Assembly: GCA_964632135.1 (NCBI GenBank)
Contig: CAZWEI010000001.1
Location: 29,883-93,882, forward strand
Direction of reading: 5' to 3'
DNA from: Candidatus Micrarchaeota archaeon
Lineage (GTDB): Archaea > Micrarchaeota > Micrarchaeia > Burarchaeales > JBFMAP01
DNA: 64,000 nt
Shown here: positions 38,190-46,187 of the stretch, in pieces
Numbering within the stretch: position 1 is the stretch's first letter
Layout: each line of letters starts with the position of its first letter
Program-made: the position numbers and the translations under genes
Notes under the pieces: model-generated
The model's input: only the letters and a program-made list of their open reading frames with translations
Told to the model about the DNA's origin: nothing
Database searches by the model: none

Positions 38190-38945
38190 ATGAAAGCTGA
38201 CACGAGACTGGCGAGCCATGAACAGGCGCGAAGTAGAATAACGCAAAGCCCGAAAGTTGAACTAGCCAATCTGGAAGAAGTTCTGAAAAGCAAAGTGCCG
38301 GCCATCAAACTGTTCAAGCGCGACAAGGGGCCGGACGAGGAGAGTATGATAATTAAGGAGGTAGGACTCGTCATCTCCGAGCACTGGAATCCGAGCGAGT
38401 CAAATGAAAAGAACTTGAAGGCGCTGGAAGGTTTTTTCAAAGAACTCAATAATGCGCTGATTAAGGCCGAGAGCGAGGATGCCTCGCCGGAAAAACTGAA
38501 GGCGCTGGTTCACATTGTCTATGACCGCGTTTCGTTTAGGGAGAAAAAGGATATTATTACGGTAAGCGAAAACGAGGTTCTCGAGGCTGCCGAGCAGATA
38601 ACTGAAATGCATGCACGAGTGGTAAAAAAGATTGACGCGGTAATACCGATAAGGGCTTTGTACGATGTAATAAAAGTGATGGAGGAGATAAGGGAGCGGG
38701 ATCTGTATAAAAACCGTACGACGCAGGAAGTCGAGGACTTGACCGTAATCGCGGAAAAAATAGGAAAAGACGTAAAACGGGAAATGAACGCGATTGGTTA
38801 CGAGCTGCGGATTGACAACGTGAGGGAATTTTTGGCGCACGGGAACCCGGGCTGGAAAACGAGGAAGAAGCTCGAAGACGCGGTGGAGCTGGCGAAGCAG
38901 GACGGATGGGTTTTGGGCGAGTGCAAAAAATTTTTAGGAAAATGA
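38190..38945 (+). CDS. hypothetical protein
   Basis: 251-aa charged, helical ORF. No recognisable motifs. Confidence 0.3.
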   Translation: MKADTRLASHEQARSRITQSPKVELANLEEVLKSKVPAIKLFKRDKGPDEESMIIKEVGLVISEHWNPSESNEKNLKALEGFFKELNNALIKAESEDASPEKLKALVHIVYDRVSFREKKDIITVSENEVLEAAEQITEMHARVVKKIDAVIPIRALYDVIKVMEEIRERDLYKNRTTQEVEDLTVIAEKIGKDVKREMNAIGYELRIDNVREFLAHGNPGWKTRKKLEDAVELAKQDGWVLGECKKFLGK

Positions 38946-39051
38946 GACTGCGCTGGCTGGTCTATGTAACTGTTTCGGGATATTCGTCTTCTGCCGTATG
39001 CGAGTCTGGCGCGCGCGAACGTTTATAAAATTAGCCGTGCATAAGGAAGTC

Positions 39052-39594
39052 ATGAGGACAGACGTTAGAGTAGGAGACTGCATGACGCGCGGCGTCGTCA
39101 CTGTGAAGGTCGGCGCCAGCGTGATGGAGATAGCCAAAACGCTCAAGAAGAACGAGGTAGGCTCGGTGATAGTTACTCACGACGGGAAGATGAAGGGAGT
39201 GATAACCGAGAGGGACATCGCTTACAAGATAGTCGCGGAGGGGAAGGACCCGAGGAAAACGACGGCGAAGGACGTGATGAGTTCGCCGGTTACCACGATA
39301 AGCGCTGATAAGAACATCGAGGAGGCGGCAGTGCTGCTGAAGAGGAAGGACATAAAGCGGCTGCCTGTTGTTGATGGAAAAGGTAAGCTCGTGGGAATCG
39401 TCACAGAGGGCGACCTGCTCGCGGTATACCCCGGCCTGCTGGAGGTTCTTCAGGAGGACGCAGACATTCACAGGTTTCACCCGACAGAGGTTTTCACAGG
39501 GGTTTGCGAGCGTTGCGGCAATTACTCTGATACGCTTCGTAGGAGTGTTGGAAAACTCACGTGCGAGGAATGCTGCGAGGAGGAAGAGGTATAG
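39052..39594 (+). CDS. CBS-pair domain protein with C-terminal zinc ribbon
   Basis: Two CBS motifs (VMT..VVTV...SV.E; VMSSPVTTIS) and a C-terminal CERCGN...CEEC cluster. Confidence 0.55.
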   Translation: MRTDVRVGDCMTRGVVTVKVGASVMEIAKTLKKNEVGSVIVTHDGKMKGVITERDIAYKIVAEGKDPRKTTAKDVMSSPVTTISADKNIEEAAVLLKRKDIKRLPVVDGKGKLVGIVTEGDLLAVYPGLLEVLQEDADIHRFHPTEVFTGVCERCGNYSDTLRRSVGKLTCEECCEEEEV

Positions 39595-39754
39595 TTTATA
39601 TACCCGCGCGGAGTAATATTACCGCTGTGCAAGGATGGCTTGGGGAGATAAGCGAATCCGTGAACTGGAGTCAACATTGCACAGCACATCGAGAATTTCA
39701 GGCACGCGGACGAAGTTTCGGTTTCCTGCTCGTTCTGCTGTCTTCATTGAGAGA

Positions 39755-40003
39755 ATGAAAATCGAAGTGACCACGATACCGAACTCCAGAGAATTCGGAG
39801 TCGAGCGAAGGGACGGAAGGTTTGTTGTTCGAGTGAAAGAAAAGGCGGAAAGGGGAAGGGCGAACATCGAGCTCGTGAAGAAAATGCGCGAGATGCTCGG
39901 GTGCGGCGTGCGAATCGCGCGCGGCGCAGGCTCGCGGAAAAAATTGCTTGAAGTTGATGTTGATGAGGAAACGTTCCTTGCTCGAACAGGAATTGAAAAA
40001 TAA
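39755..40003 (+). CDS. DUF167/YggU-family small protein
   Basis: MKIEVTTIPNSREFGVERRDGRFVVRVKEKAERGRANIELVKKMREMLGCGVRIARGAGSRKK fits the DUF167 pattern. Confidence 0.45.
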   Translation: MKIEVTTIPNSREFGVERRDGRFVVRVKEKAERGRANIELVKKMREMLGCGVRIARGAGSRKKLLEVDVDEETFLARTGIEK

Positions 40004-40379
40004 ACTGAAGATTCTGAAGAGGACGCTCCGCGAGATTGAGGAGAGCCGCGCGGTTGTGCTCGTGGAGGGAAAAAAAGACAGGGAAGCGCTTGAAAGAATT
40101 GGGGTGAAGAACAGGATTGTGCTCGTGGGAATGGGGGCGCGCTCAGCATGCGAGAGGCTCTCTGGCTTTGATGAGGCGGTAATACTCGCCGACTTCGACG
40201 AGAGGGGCGAGGAGATCGCGCGAGAAATTGAGGAGACGCTCGGGGCGTGCAACATCCGTCCAAACACCGAGTACGGGAGAAGGCTCCGCTACGTCTTGGG
40301 CGTGCGGAACTTCGAGGAGATTGAAGGCAAACTCGAGGAGTTTGAGAAGAAATGCAAGGAGAATGGAATTGATTTGTGA
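39948..40379 (+). CDS. small Toprim-domain protein (start uncertain; overlaps the preceding ORF)
   Basis: VVLVEGKKDREALERIG...VILADFDERGEEIA is the E...DxD pattern of Toprim. Confidence 0.45.
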   Translation: MKLMLMRKRSLLEQELKNKLKILKRTLREIEESRAVVLVEGKKDREALERIGVKNRIVLVGMGARSACERLSGFDEAVILADFDERGEEIAREIEETLGACNIRPNTEYGRRLRYVLGVRNFEEIEGKLEEFEKKCKENGIDL

Positions 40380-40445
40380 AAGTTGCGGAAGGAAATTGAA
40401 AAAATTGAATGTTGTAAAATGAATTGAAAACCAAAGGTGAGAAAA

Positions 40446-41753
40446 ATGGCCAAGACATACGTTGACACTGTGAAATACGTCGTATACGCGAATATTGAGA
40501 TTGGAGGGATGGTTGAAAAGCCTGACGTGGTGGGCGCTGTTTTCGGGCAGACCGAGGGCCTGCTCGGGGACGAGCTCGACCTGCGCGAACTTCAGAAAAA
40601 CGGAAGGATCGGGAGGATAGAGGTTGATATACAGGTGAGGAGCGGGAAGAGCGTCGGGAAAATCATGCTCCCGTCGAGCCTGGATATGGTCGAGACCAGC
40701 ATACTTGCGGCAGCGCTCGAGACGGTCGACCGGGTCGGACCGTGCGACGCGAAAATACATGTTGAGAAGATAGAGGACACGCGGAACGTGAAGAGAAAGG
40801 CGGTCGTGGACAGGGCGAAGAGCCTGCTGAAGACCCTTCTCGCGAACGAGATACCGGAAAGCAGGGAGATATCCGAGATGGTGCGGCAGGAAGTGAAGAT
40901 TGCGGAGATAAACGAGTACGGGCCAGAGAAACTGCCGTGCGGGCCGAACATAGCCACATACGAGTCGATAGTAATAGTCGAAGGGCGCGCGGACGTGCTG
41001 AACCTCCTGAAGAACGACATAAACAACGTGATAGCGGTCGGAGGCGCGAACGTGCCGAGAACTATCGCTGCGCTCTGCAGGGAGAAGGAGGTCACGCTGT
41101 TTCTCGACGGGGACAGGGGCGGGGACATAATACTCCGCGAACTTACGAACGTCGCGGACGTGGATTATGTCGCGCGCGCGCCGTACGGAAAGGAGGTCGA
41201 GGAGCTCACGCGCAAGGAGTTAATCAAGTGCATGAGGAGCAGGGTTCCTATAGAGCAGGTTGATGGCGTTACAAAAAGGCAGAGGGAGCCTAACGAGCGC
41301 GGGGAGCGGCCGGAGCGTTCAGAGCGCGCGGAACGAGGGGAGCGGTTCGAGCGGCACGAGCGCGTCGAGACGATAGCGGATATTGCTAAGGAGCCTGCGC
41401 AGTCAAGACAAGCCGTGCAAGCACAATTGCAACCACCTGAGCCTCAGCAGCCACTGGCGAGCGAGCCGCCGGCAGCGCTCATGAACAGCCTGAATGAATT
41501 GGAGAACACGCTGCGCGCGCGGCTGTACGACGAGCAATTGAATTTGAAGAGCGAGATTCCCGTGCGCGACCTCATAAGAAACCTGGGCGAAGGCGAGGGC
41601 GGAATCCACGCCATCGTCCTGGATGGGATAATCACGCAGAGGCTCGTTGATTTGAGCGAGAGCAAAAACGTGAAGATGCTCGTCGGGGTAAAATTGGGGA
41701 ATGTTTTCAGAAAATCGGAAAAGGTGGCAGTCGCGATTAAGAACGCCGCGTAG
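40446..41753 (+). CDS. dnaG: archaeal DNA primase DnaG (Toprim-type)
   Basis: N-terminal AKTYVDTVKYVVYANIEIGGMVEKPDVVGAVFGQTEGLL, Toprim IVEGRADV...LDGDRGG, and an acidic/repetitive linker. Confidence 0.85.
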   Translation: MAKTYVDTVKYVVYANIEIGGMVEKPDVVGAVFGQTEGLLGDELDLRELQKNGRIGRIEVDIQVRSGKSVGKIMLPSSLDMVETSILAAALETVDRVGPCDAKIHVEKIEDTRNVKRKAVVDRAKSLLKTLLANEIPESREISEMVRQEVKIAEINEYGPEKLPCGPNIATYESIVIVEGRADVLNLLKNDINNVIAVGGANVPRTIAALCREKEVTLFLDGDRGGDIILRELTNVADVDYVARAPYGKEVEELTRKELIKCMRSRVPIEQVDGVTKRQREPNERGERPERSERAERGERFERHERVETIADIAKEPAQSRQAVQAQLQPPEPQQPLASEPPAALMNSLNELENTLRARLYDEQLNLKSEIPVRDLIRNLGEGEGGIHAIVLDGIITQRLVDLSESKNVKMLVGVKLGNVFRKSEKVAVAIKNAA

Positions 41754-41775
41754 CGAAACTAGCATCACGGCGTCG

Positions 41776-41997
41776 TCAGAAGTCGAGGTCAGGCTCGCCC
41801 TCCTCTTCTGCTTTTTTTATGTCTTCCTCTCGCGATATGTGGTACGCTAGAATCACTGTTACAACGGCAACGATGAAAGAGAACAGACCAACAGTAAACG
41901 CATCCTCATTTATCTGAGAGTAGAAATGAAAGAACACCGCGGCGGCAAGAACGCCCATGATCAGCGAAACTGCAAACCTGAGTTTTTTCACGCGCAT
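41776..41997 (-). CDS. small two-TM membrane protein (hypothetical)
   Basis: 73 aa with two hydrophobic helices and an acidic tail. Confidence 0.25.
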   Translation of the reverse strand: MRVKKLRFAVSLIMGVLAAAVFFHFYSQINEDAFTVGLFSFIVAVVTVILAYHISREEDIKKAEEEGEPDLDF

Positions 41998-42024
41998 TTG
42001 AACACCGATTTGAACATGCGAAAC

Positions 42025-42180
42025 TGAAAGTGGGCTCGCCCGGGAATCCGGAACAGCAATTGATGGTTTTCTATCGAACCGGGAGTTTTCACCGTGTAAG
42101 GGTGACGTCTTACCACTGCCGGCCTGCCGACAATCTGGCGCGAGGCAGCAGGCCTTCGACTACGAGCCCGGTGAATTGTT
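42025..42180 (+). ncRNA. candidate structured ncRNA in a 227-nt gap (possibly SRP RNA domain IV-like); strand and identity uncertain
   Basis: Closing helix gggctcg/cgagccc; internal hairpins tcacc-gtgtaag-ggtga and ggcctgcc...ggcag(c)aggcc; a GCGA tetraloop and an AGCAG stretch. The gap is unusually long for a terminator plus promoter. Confidence 0.2.
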
Positions 42181-42224
42181 ATGTTTGGTGGGATTTAAAT
42201 TAAATGCTATGGGGCTGTGACGCG

Positions 42225-43676
42225 TCACGCTACCTCGCTCTCGTCTGATTTCCTGCGCTTTGCCCCGTAGTCGCTCATTCCCGCGCGCCACCACGAGTCG
42301 TACCTCTCGCTCACCTGCTCCTCTATGCTCCTTCCGCGCTTGAGCGCCGCGCGCACGTGCTTCTCGTCTATCAACTCGCTGCCATCCGTGACCGCGAGGT
42401 CGCCTGCCAACTTTATTATCCCGCTGAGGTCCCGCAGGCGCAGCGTGAGGCCGACGACGTCGTCTATGGATTTTGCGCGCGCCCTCGCCTCGTCAAGAAG
42501 CACGGCAACTGCCTTCGAGTTTGCGTGTGGAATCCTTCCATCTTTCCTTATCTCCTGCGCGATGAACTGCACGAGTTTTTTCCTGTTCTCATCAGTGTCG
42601 GGCATCGTGGTGCCCAGCAGCACCTCGTATCCGTTGCCCAGTATGCGCGAGCGCAGGGGTGGGAGGAGATGATCCATGTCATTCGTGTTGAGCGCGCCTA
42701 TGAGTATGAAGTCGCACGGCACGTTGTCAACGCGTATTGATGCGCCTGTGCTCGATGCGTTGCGCCCGGCAATCGGGAATTTCTTCTCCTGCATGGCTGT
42801 CAGAAGATATCTCTGCAAATATCCAAGCGTCGCTATCTCATCAATAAATAAAACGCCCTCGTGCGCCTCGTGAATCGCGCCCGGCACCACGCGCAAGTAA
42901 GCGGCCATTCCAATCTCCGGATGACCGCCGTATGGATCGTGCTTCACATCGCCGACAAGTTCGGTCTCGCTCGCGCCCGTCGCCTGAATGAACGTGTTTC
43001 GCTGAAGAGGAAGAATTATTTTGCGCGGGCGCTTTGATTCTATTTCTTCAATTTTCCGCAAAGATGACTGGTCATAGATGCGAATCTTTCCCTCCTCGTC
43101 GCGCTCGTAAAGAACGACCTCCTCGCGCCCGTCCGGGAATGCGCGCGTCGTGTGAACGCGGTCCTCCCTCACCTCGCCCATGAACCCGAAAATCAAATCG
43201 TCAAATGGGGACAACTCGCGGCGGTATTTATCCGCCCCGCACTTTGGGCAGACCGGCGTGTTGAAGTTGCTGAGGTTCCCGCACCTTTTGCACCTGAACC
43301 CGAGCCTCTCGGCGACGAACGACGGAACCTCGGAAGCGGAAAGCATCTTGCCCTCGAATTCCTTCGGCTTCCTATCCTTCACTATTTTCTCGCGGTCGCG
43401 CACCTCAATCACTGGCCGCTCTGGGTTTTCCGGATTGTGGAGAACGGAGACCTCCTGCGTCGGCTGCGGGAGTATGAATGCAATCGCCTGCGCGAGCATG
43501 CTCTTCCCTGTGCCCGGAGGGCCGACGAGAAGGAGATGACGGCGCTGCCTCGCGACCACGCGCGCTATCTTAACTACCTCGTCCTGCCCGATTATCATTT
43601 CTAGAGGATTTTTAGGCAGAATGATTTCCCGCGTGCTCTCGAAATCGAGGAAGCCGGCGCGCGCGTCTGGTTCCAT
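42225..43676 (-). CDS. LonB-type AAA+ ATPase without the protease domain; a zinc ribbon replaces the LonB membrane anchor
   Basis: QDEVVKIARVVARQRRHLLLVGPPGTGKSMLAQAIAFILP closely matches the archaeal LonB N-terminus. A CKRCGN...CPKCG insert sits between Walker A and B. Sensor-2-like RLRDLSGIIKLAGDLA...KHV is present. The protein ends there, with no Ser-Lys protease domain. Confidence 0.65.
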   Translation of the reverse strand: MEPDARAGFLDFESTREIILPKNPLEMIIGQDEVVKIARVVARQRRHLLLVGPPGTGKSMLAQAIAFILPQPTQEVSVLHNPENPERPVIEVRDREKIVKDRKPKEFEGKMLSASEVPSFVAERLGFRCKRCGNLSNFNTPVCPKCGADKYRRELSPFDDLIFGFMGEVREDRVHTTRAFPDGREEVVLYERDEEGKIRIYDQSSLRKIEEIESKRPRKIILPLQRNTFIQATGASETELVGDVKHDPYGGHPEIGMAAYLRVVPGAIHEAHEGVLFIDEIATLGYLQRYLLTAMQEKKFPIAGRNASSTGASIRVDNVPCDFILIGALNTNDMDHLLPPLRSRILGNGYEVLLGTTMPDTDENRKKLVQFIAQEIRKDGRIPHANSKAVAVLLDEARARAKSIDDVVGLTLRLRDLSGIIKLAGDLAVTDGSELIDEKHVRAALKRGRSIEEQVSERYDSWWRAGMSDYGAKRRKSDESEVA

Positions 43677-43722
43677 GTGAATAGTTCAGCACAAAAATTT
43701 TATATATTTTTGGAAATGCTCG

Positions 43723-46143
43723 CTACTGTAATAAAAGGCATTTTCCCTCACCTAAGTTACAATCTGAGTAGCAGCAGTCCCAATCATCGCTACAATCTCC
43801 TCCATCGGGAACACACGCAACACCACCACATATACCGCTAGTGCATGATACGCCAGGGCAACAGTCGCTATCCTGAGTGCACTCTTCGCCGTTAATTCGA
43901 CATGACTTACATTTGTAACCTGTAGTATCGCAATAGCCCGCATATTGGACGTCCTGAATGTCGTCGTAGGATCCGCAGCATTGGTACACCCCTATTTCAC
44001 CAAACAATATGCGCTCTTGCTCCAGGGTAAAAGAGGATGCGGCGCCGCGCTGGTCCTTAGGCGTAAACAGCATAACTCCTGTGCCTGGACCTTTGGATAG
44101 CCCAACTTGACAATTGGAGCCTGTAGCAACACAATACGCGCATGTGTTGTTGGTACCGTAACAAAACGCTCCATCCTCGTGATAGCAACACTCATCACTG
44201 GTTGCACACATTCTGCCTAATGCCGTGCATTCCGGGCAGATATTGGCTGCGTCACACGTAACGGCGGGGTTGCAGCAGTCCCTGTATTTTTCACCGGTTC
44301 CACTGTCAACACCACAACCCCAATAACCCGTAAGAGTGCAGTTCTGGCACGTTCCTTCGTAGCAAGCCGCGTCGTATCCATAGCCCATCGTATTTTCATT
44401 ATAACCGCAGCAGTCCTCGTTTTGCGTGCAGCTCTCGGTCAAGGCGCTGCATAATGGCGGAATGTAGCGGCACGTGCAGTCCGTCGCGTTTACCGCCCAG
44501 TTTATGGGACATGTTACGCCGGAGCAGTCGCACTGGCAGTTACTGTCGTTGCGCTTTCCGCCCGCTGTTTCGTTGCAGGAGTTCTGGCAGTCGCATGAGC
44601 AGTCGGTAGTGAGGTGTATGGGTTGGTTGTTGCACATCGTTTCTGAAATCTGCTGCTGTCTTGCGGGGTCGCCGCAGTTGCACGCGCAGTCCATGTTGTA
44701 CGTGCCTCCGTGGCAGTCGTTTGAGCAGTGGCAGACGCAGTACTCGTCAAGAGCCCCGCCAAACGCGCACGTCGCATTCGTGCAGTCGCAGGTGCAGTCA
44801 GGATAAGGCGCCTGCTGCTCGCCGTTGCAGCTCCAGTAACAAGACGAGGACGAGTATGAACAACCCCATCCCTCCTTGCAGCAAAGCCCGTTTGGATTGC
44901 AGTAAAAGCCAGTGCAGCATGTTTCGTTGTCGCTTTCGTTGTAAGGACCTACTTTGCAATTTGACGGGTGGTGCGTGCATATGGATTTGGGGAATTTGAA
45001 TTCGCATCGTTCGGTCGTGGAGTTGCAGGTATAGCCTGGGCAGCACGGGGCAGAGGAATTGCAGGGCAATGGATTTGCGCAATGAACGCAAGTCCCATGG
45101 GAATCAGTGCAGCAGTTTTGAGTACTGTTCCAAACCGAACCGTACGGACAGCAACTAGACGTAGGGCAGGTTGCTGGATATGCTACGGGATCGCATGTTC
45201 TTTCCGCCGGGCATGCAAAAACGCACACCCCGGCGCTGTTGGTACAGCATTTCTGGGTCGCATTCCAAACAGCGCCGGCTGGACAGCAGCCCGAGGAGGG
45301 GCAGGTTATCGGATAGAGCATATGGCTGCACATTCTTTTTGCAGGGCATGACGGAGTTGTTGCGCATTCCCCGGTGCCGTCTAAGCAGCAGGGTTCAGGG
45401 GAGGAACCGCTGGCACCCCAACTGGTGCCGGACGGACAGCAGCCTGAGGATGGGCACGTCGCGGGATTAGCCGCTGGATTACACGTTCTTTCTATTGGGC
45501 AGAAAGAAACGCAAACTCCGGCGCTGTTTGTGCAGCAGTTTTGCGTTGTGTTCCAAATTGTGCCGACAGGGCAGCAATCCGTCGCGGGGCATGTTGCGGG
45601 GTGAGCGGAATGGCTGCACTCTCTCGCTGTCGGGCATATGAATAGGCACGTTCCGAAGTTGTCAAGGCAGCAATTTTGTGTATTATTCCAAACCGTAAAT
45701 TTTGGACAACAGCCGGAGGATGGACAAGTTTCAGGGTATGCCGACGGATTGCACCGCATGTCAGGCAGACAAAGAGATGAAATGCATTTCATTTGATGGC
45801 AAACAGAATCAGGACAGCATGCGTATGGATCTCCTTGAGGCACGCCAACTTTGCATTTGGGCGGATTTGAACAAGAGATGTAGGCGCATATTCCGTATTT
45901 GTCAGTGCAGCAGTTCTGAACAGTGTCCCAAACCGTGTTTGTAGGGCAGCATCCTGATGGAGGACACACCGCGGGGTATGCCGATGGGTCGCATTGCCGA
46001 GCAGTTGGACAAGTTGGCTTGACCGGAACAACCCCGCTTGTTTTGCATAGGAGCGCGATTAGGAGAAGCAGGATCATGCCTCCTACAAGAACCCCGAGTT
46101 TCTCTTGCGGTGAAGAGCCGGGACGGGCAGGCATTGGTTCCAT
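43723..46143 (-). CDS. 806-aa secreted or anchored Cys-rich tandem-repeat glycoprotein
   Basis: N-terminal signal/anchor; at least six ~45-aa repeats of the form C..A.P..CP.SGCCP.G..WN.TQNCCT.S.G.CV (visible also as ~135-bp DNA repeats); about 110 Cys in total; many N-x-S/T sequons. Confidence 0.55.
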   Translation of the reverse strand: MEPMPARPGSSPQEKLGVLVGGMILLLLIALLCKTSGVVPVKPTCPTARQCDPSAYPAVCPPSGCCPTNTVWDTVQNCCTDKYGICAYISCSNPPKCKVGVPQGDPYACCPDSVCHQMKCISSLCLPDMRCNPSAYPETCPSSGCCPKFTVWNNTQNCCLDNFGTCLFICPTARECSHSAHPATCPATDCCPVGTIWNTTQNCCTNSAGVCVSFCPIERTCNPAANPATCPSSGCCPSGTSWGASGSSPEPCCLDGTGECATTPSCPAKRMCSHMLYPITCPSSGCCPAGAVWNATQKCCTNSAGVCVFACPAERTCDPVAYPATCPTSSCCPYGSVWNSTQNCCTDSHGTCVHCANPLPCNSSAPCCPGYTCNSTTERCEFKFPKSICTHHPSNCKVGPYNESDNETCCTGFYCNPNGLCCKEGWGCSYSSSSCYWSCNGEQQAPYPDCTCDCTNATCAFGGALDEYCVCHCSNDCHGGTYNMDCACNCGDPARQQQISETMCNNQPIHLTTDCSCDCQNSCNETAGGKRNDSNCQCDCSGVTCPINWAVNATDCTCRYIPPLCSALTESCTQNEDCCGYNENTMGYGYDAACYEGTCQNCTLTGYWGCGVDSGTGEKYRDCCNPAVTCDAANICPECTALGRMCATSDECCYHEDGAFCYGTNNTCAYCVATGSNCQVGLSKGPGTGVMLFTPKDQRGAASSFTLEQERILFGEIGVYQCCGSYDDIQDVQYAGYCDTTGYKCKSCRINGEECTQDSDCCPGVSCTSGICGGVACVPDGGDCSDDWDCCYSDCNLGEGKCLLLQ
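45100..46020. repeat. tandem ~135-bp coding repeats (Cys-rich module array)
   Basis: Repeated DNA segments such as ...gcaaactccggcgctgtttgtgcagcagttttgcgttgtgttccaaa... and ...gcacaccccggcgctgttggtacagcatttctgggtcgcattccaaa.... Confidence 0.6.
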
Positions 46144-46187
46144 ACGGTTTACAACCCCGAGTGTTTATCTTTTTATTTGTTTATAAA

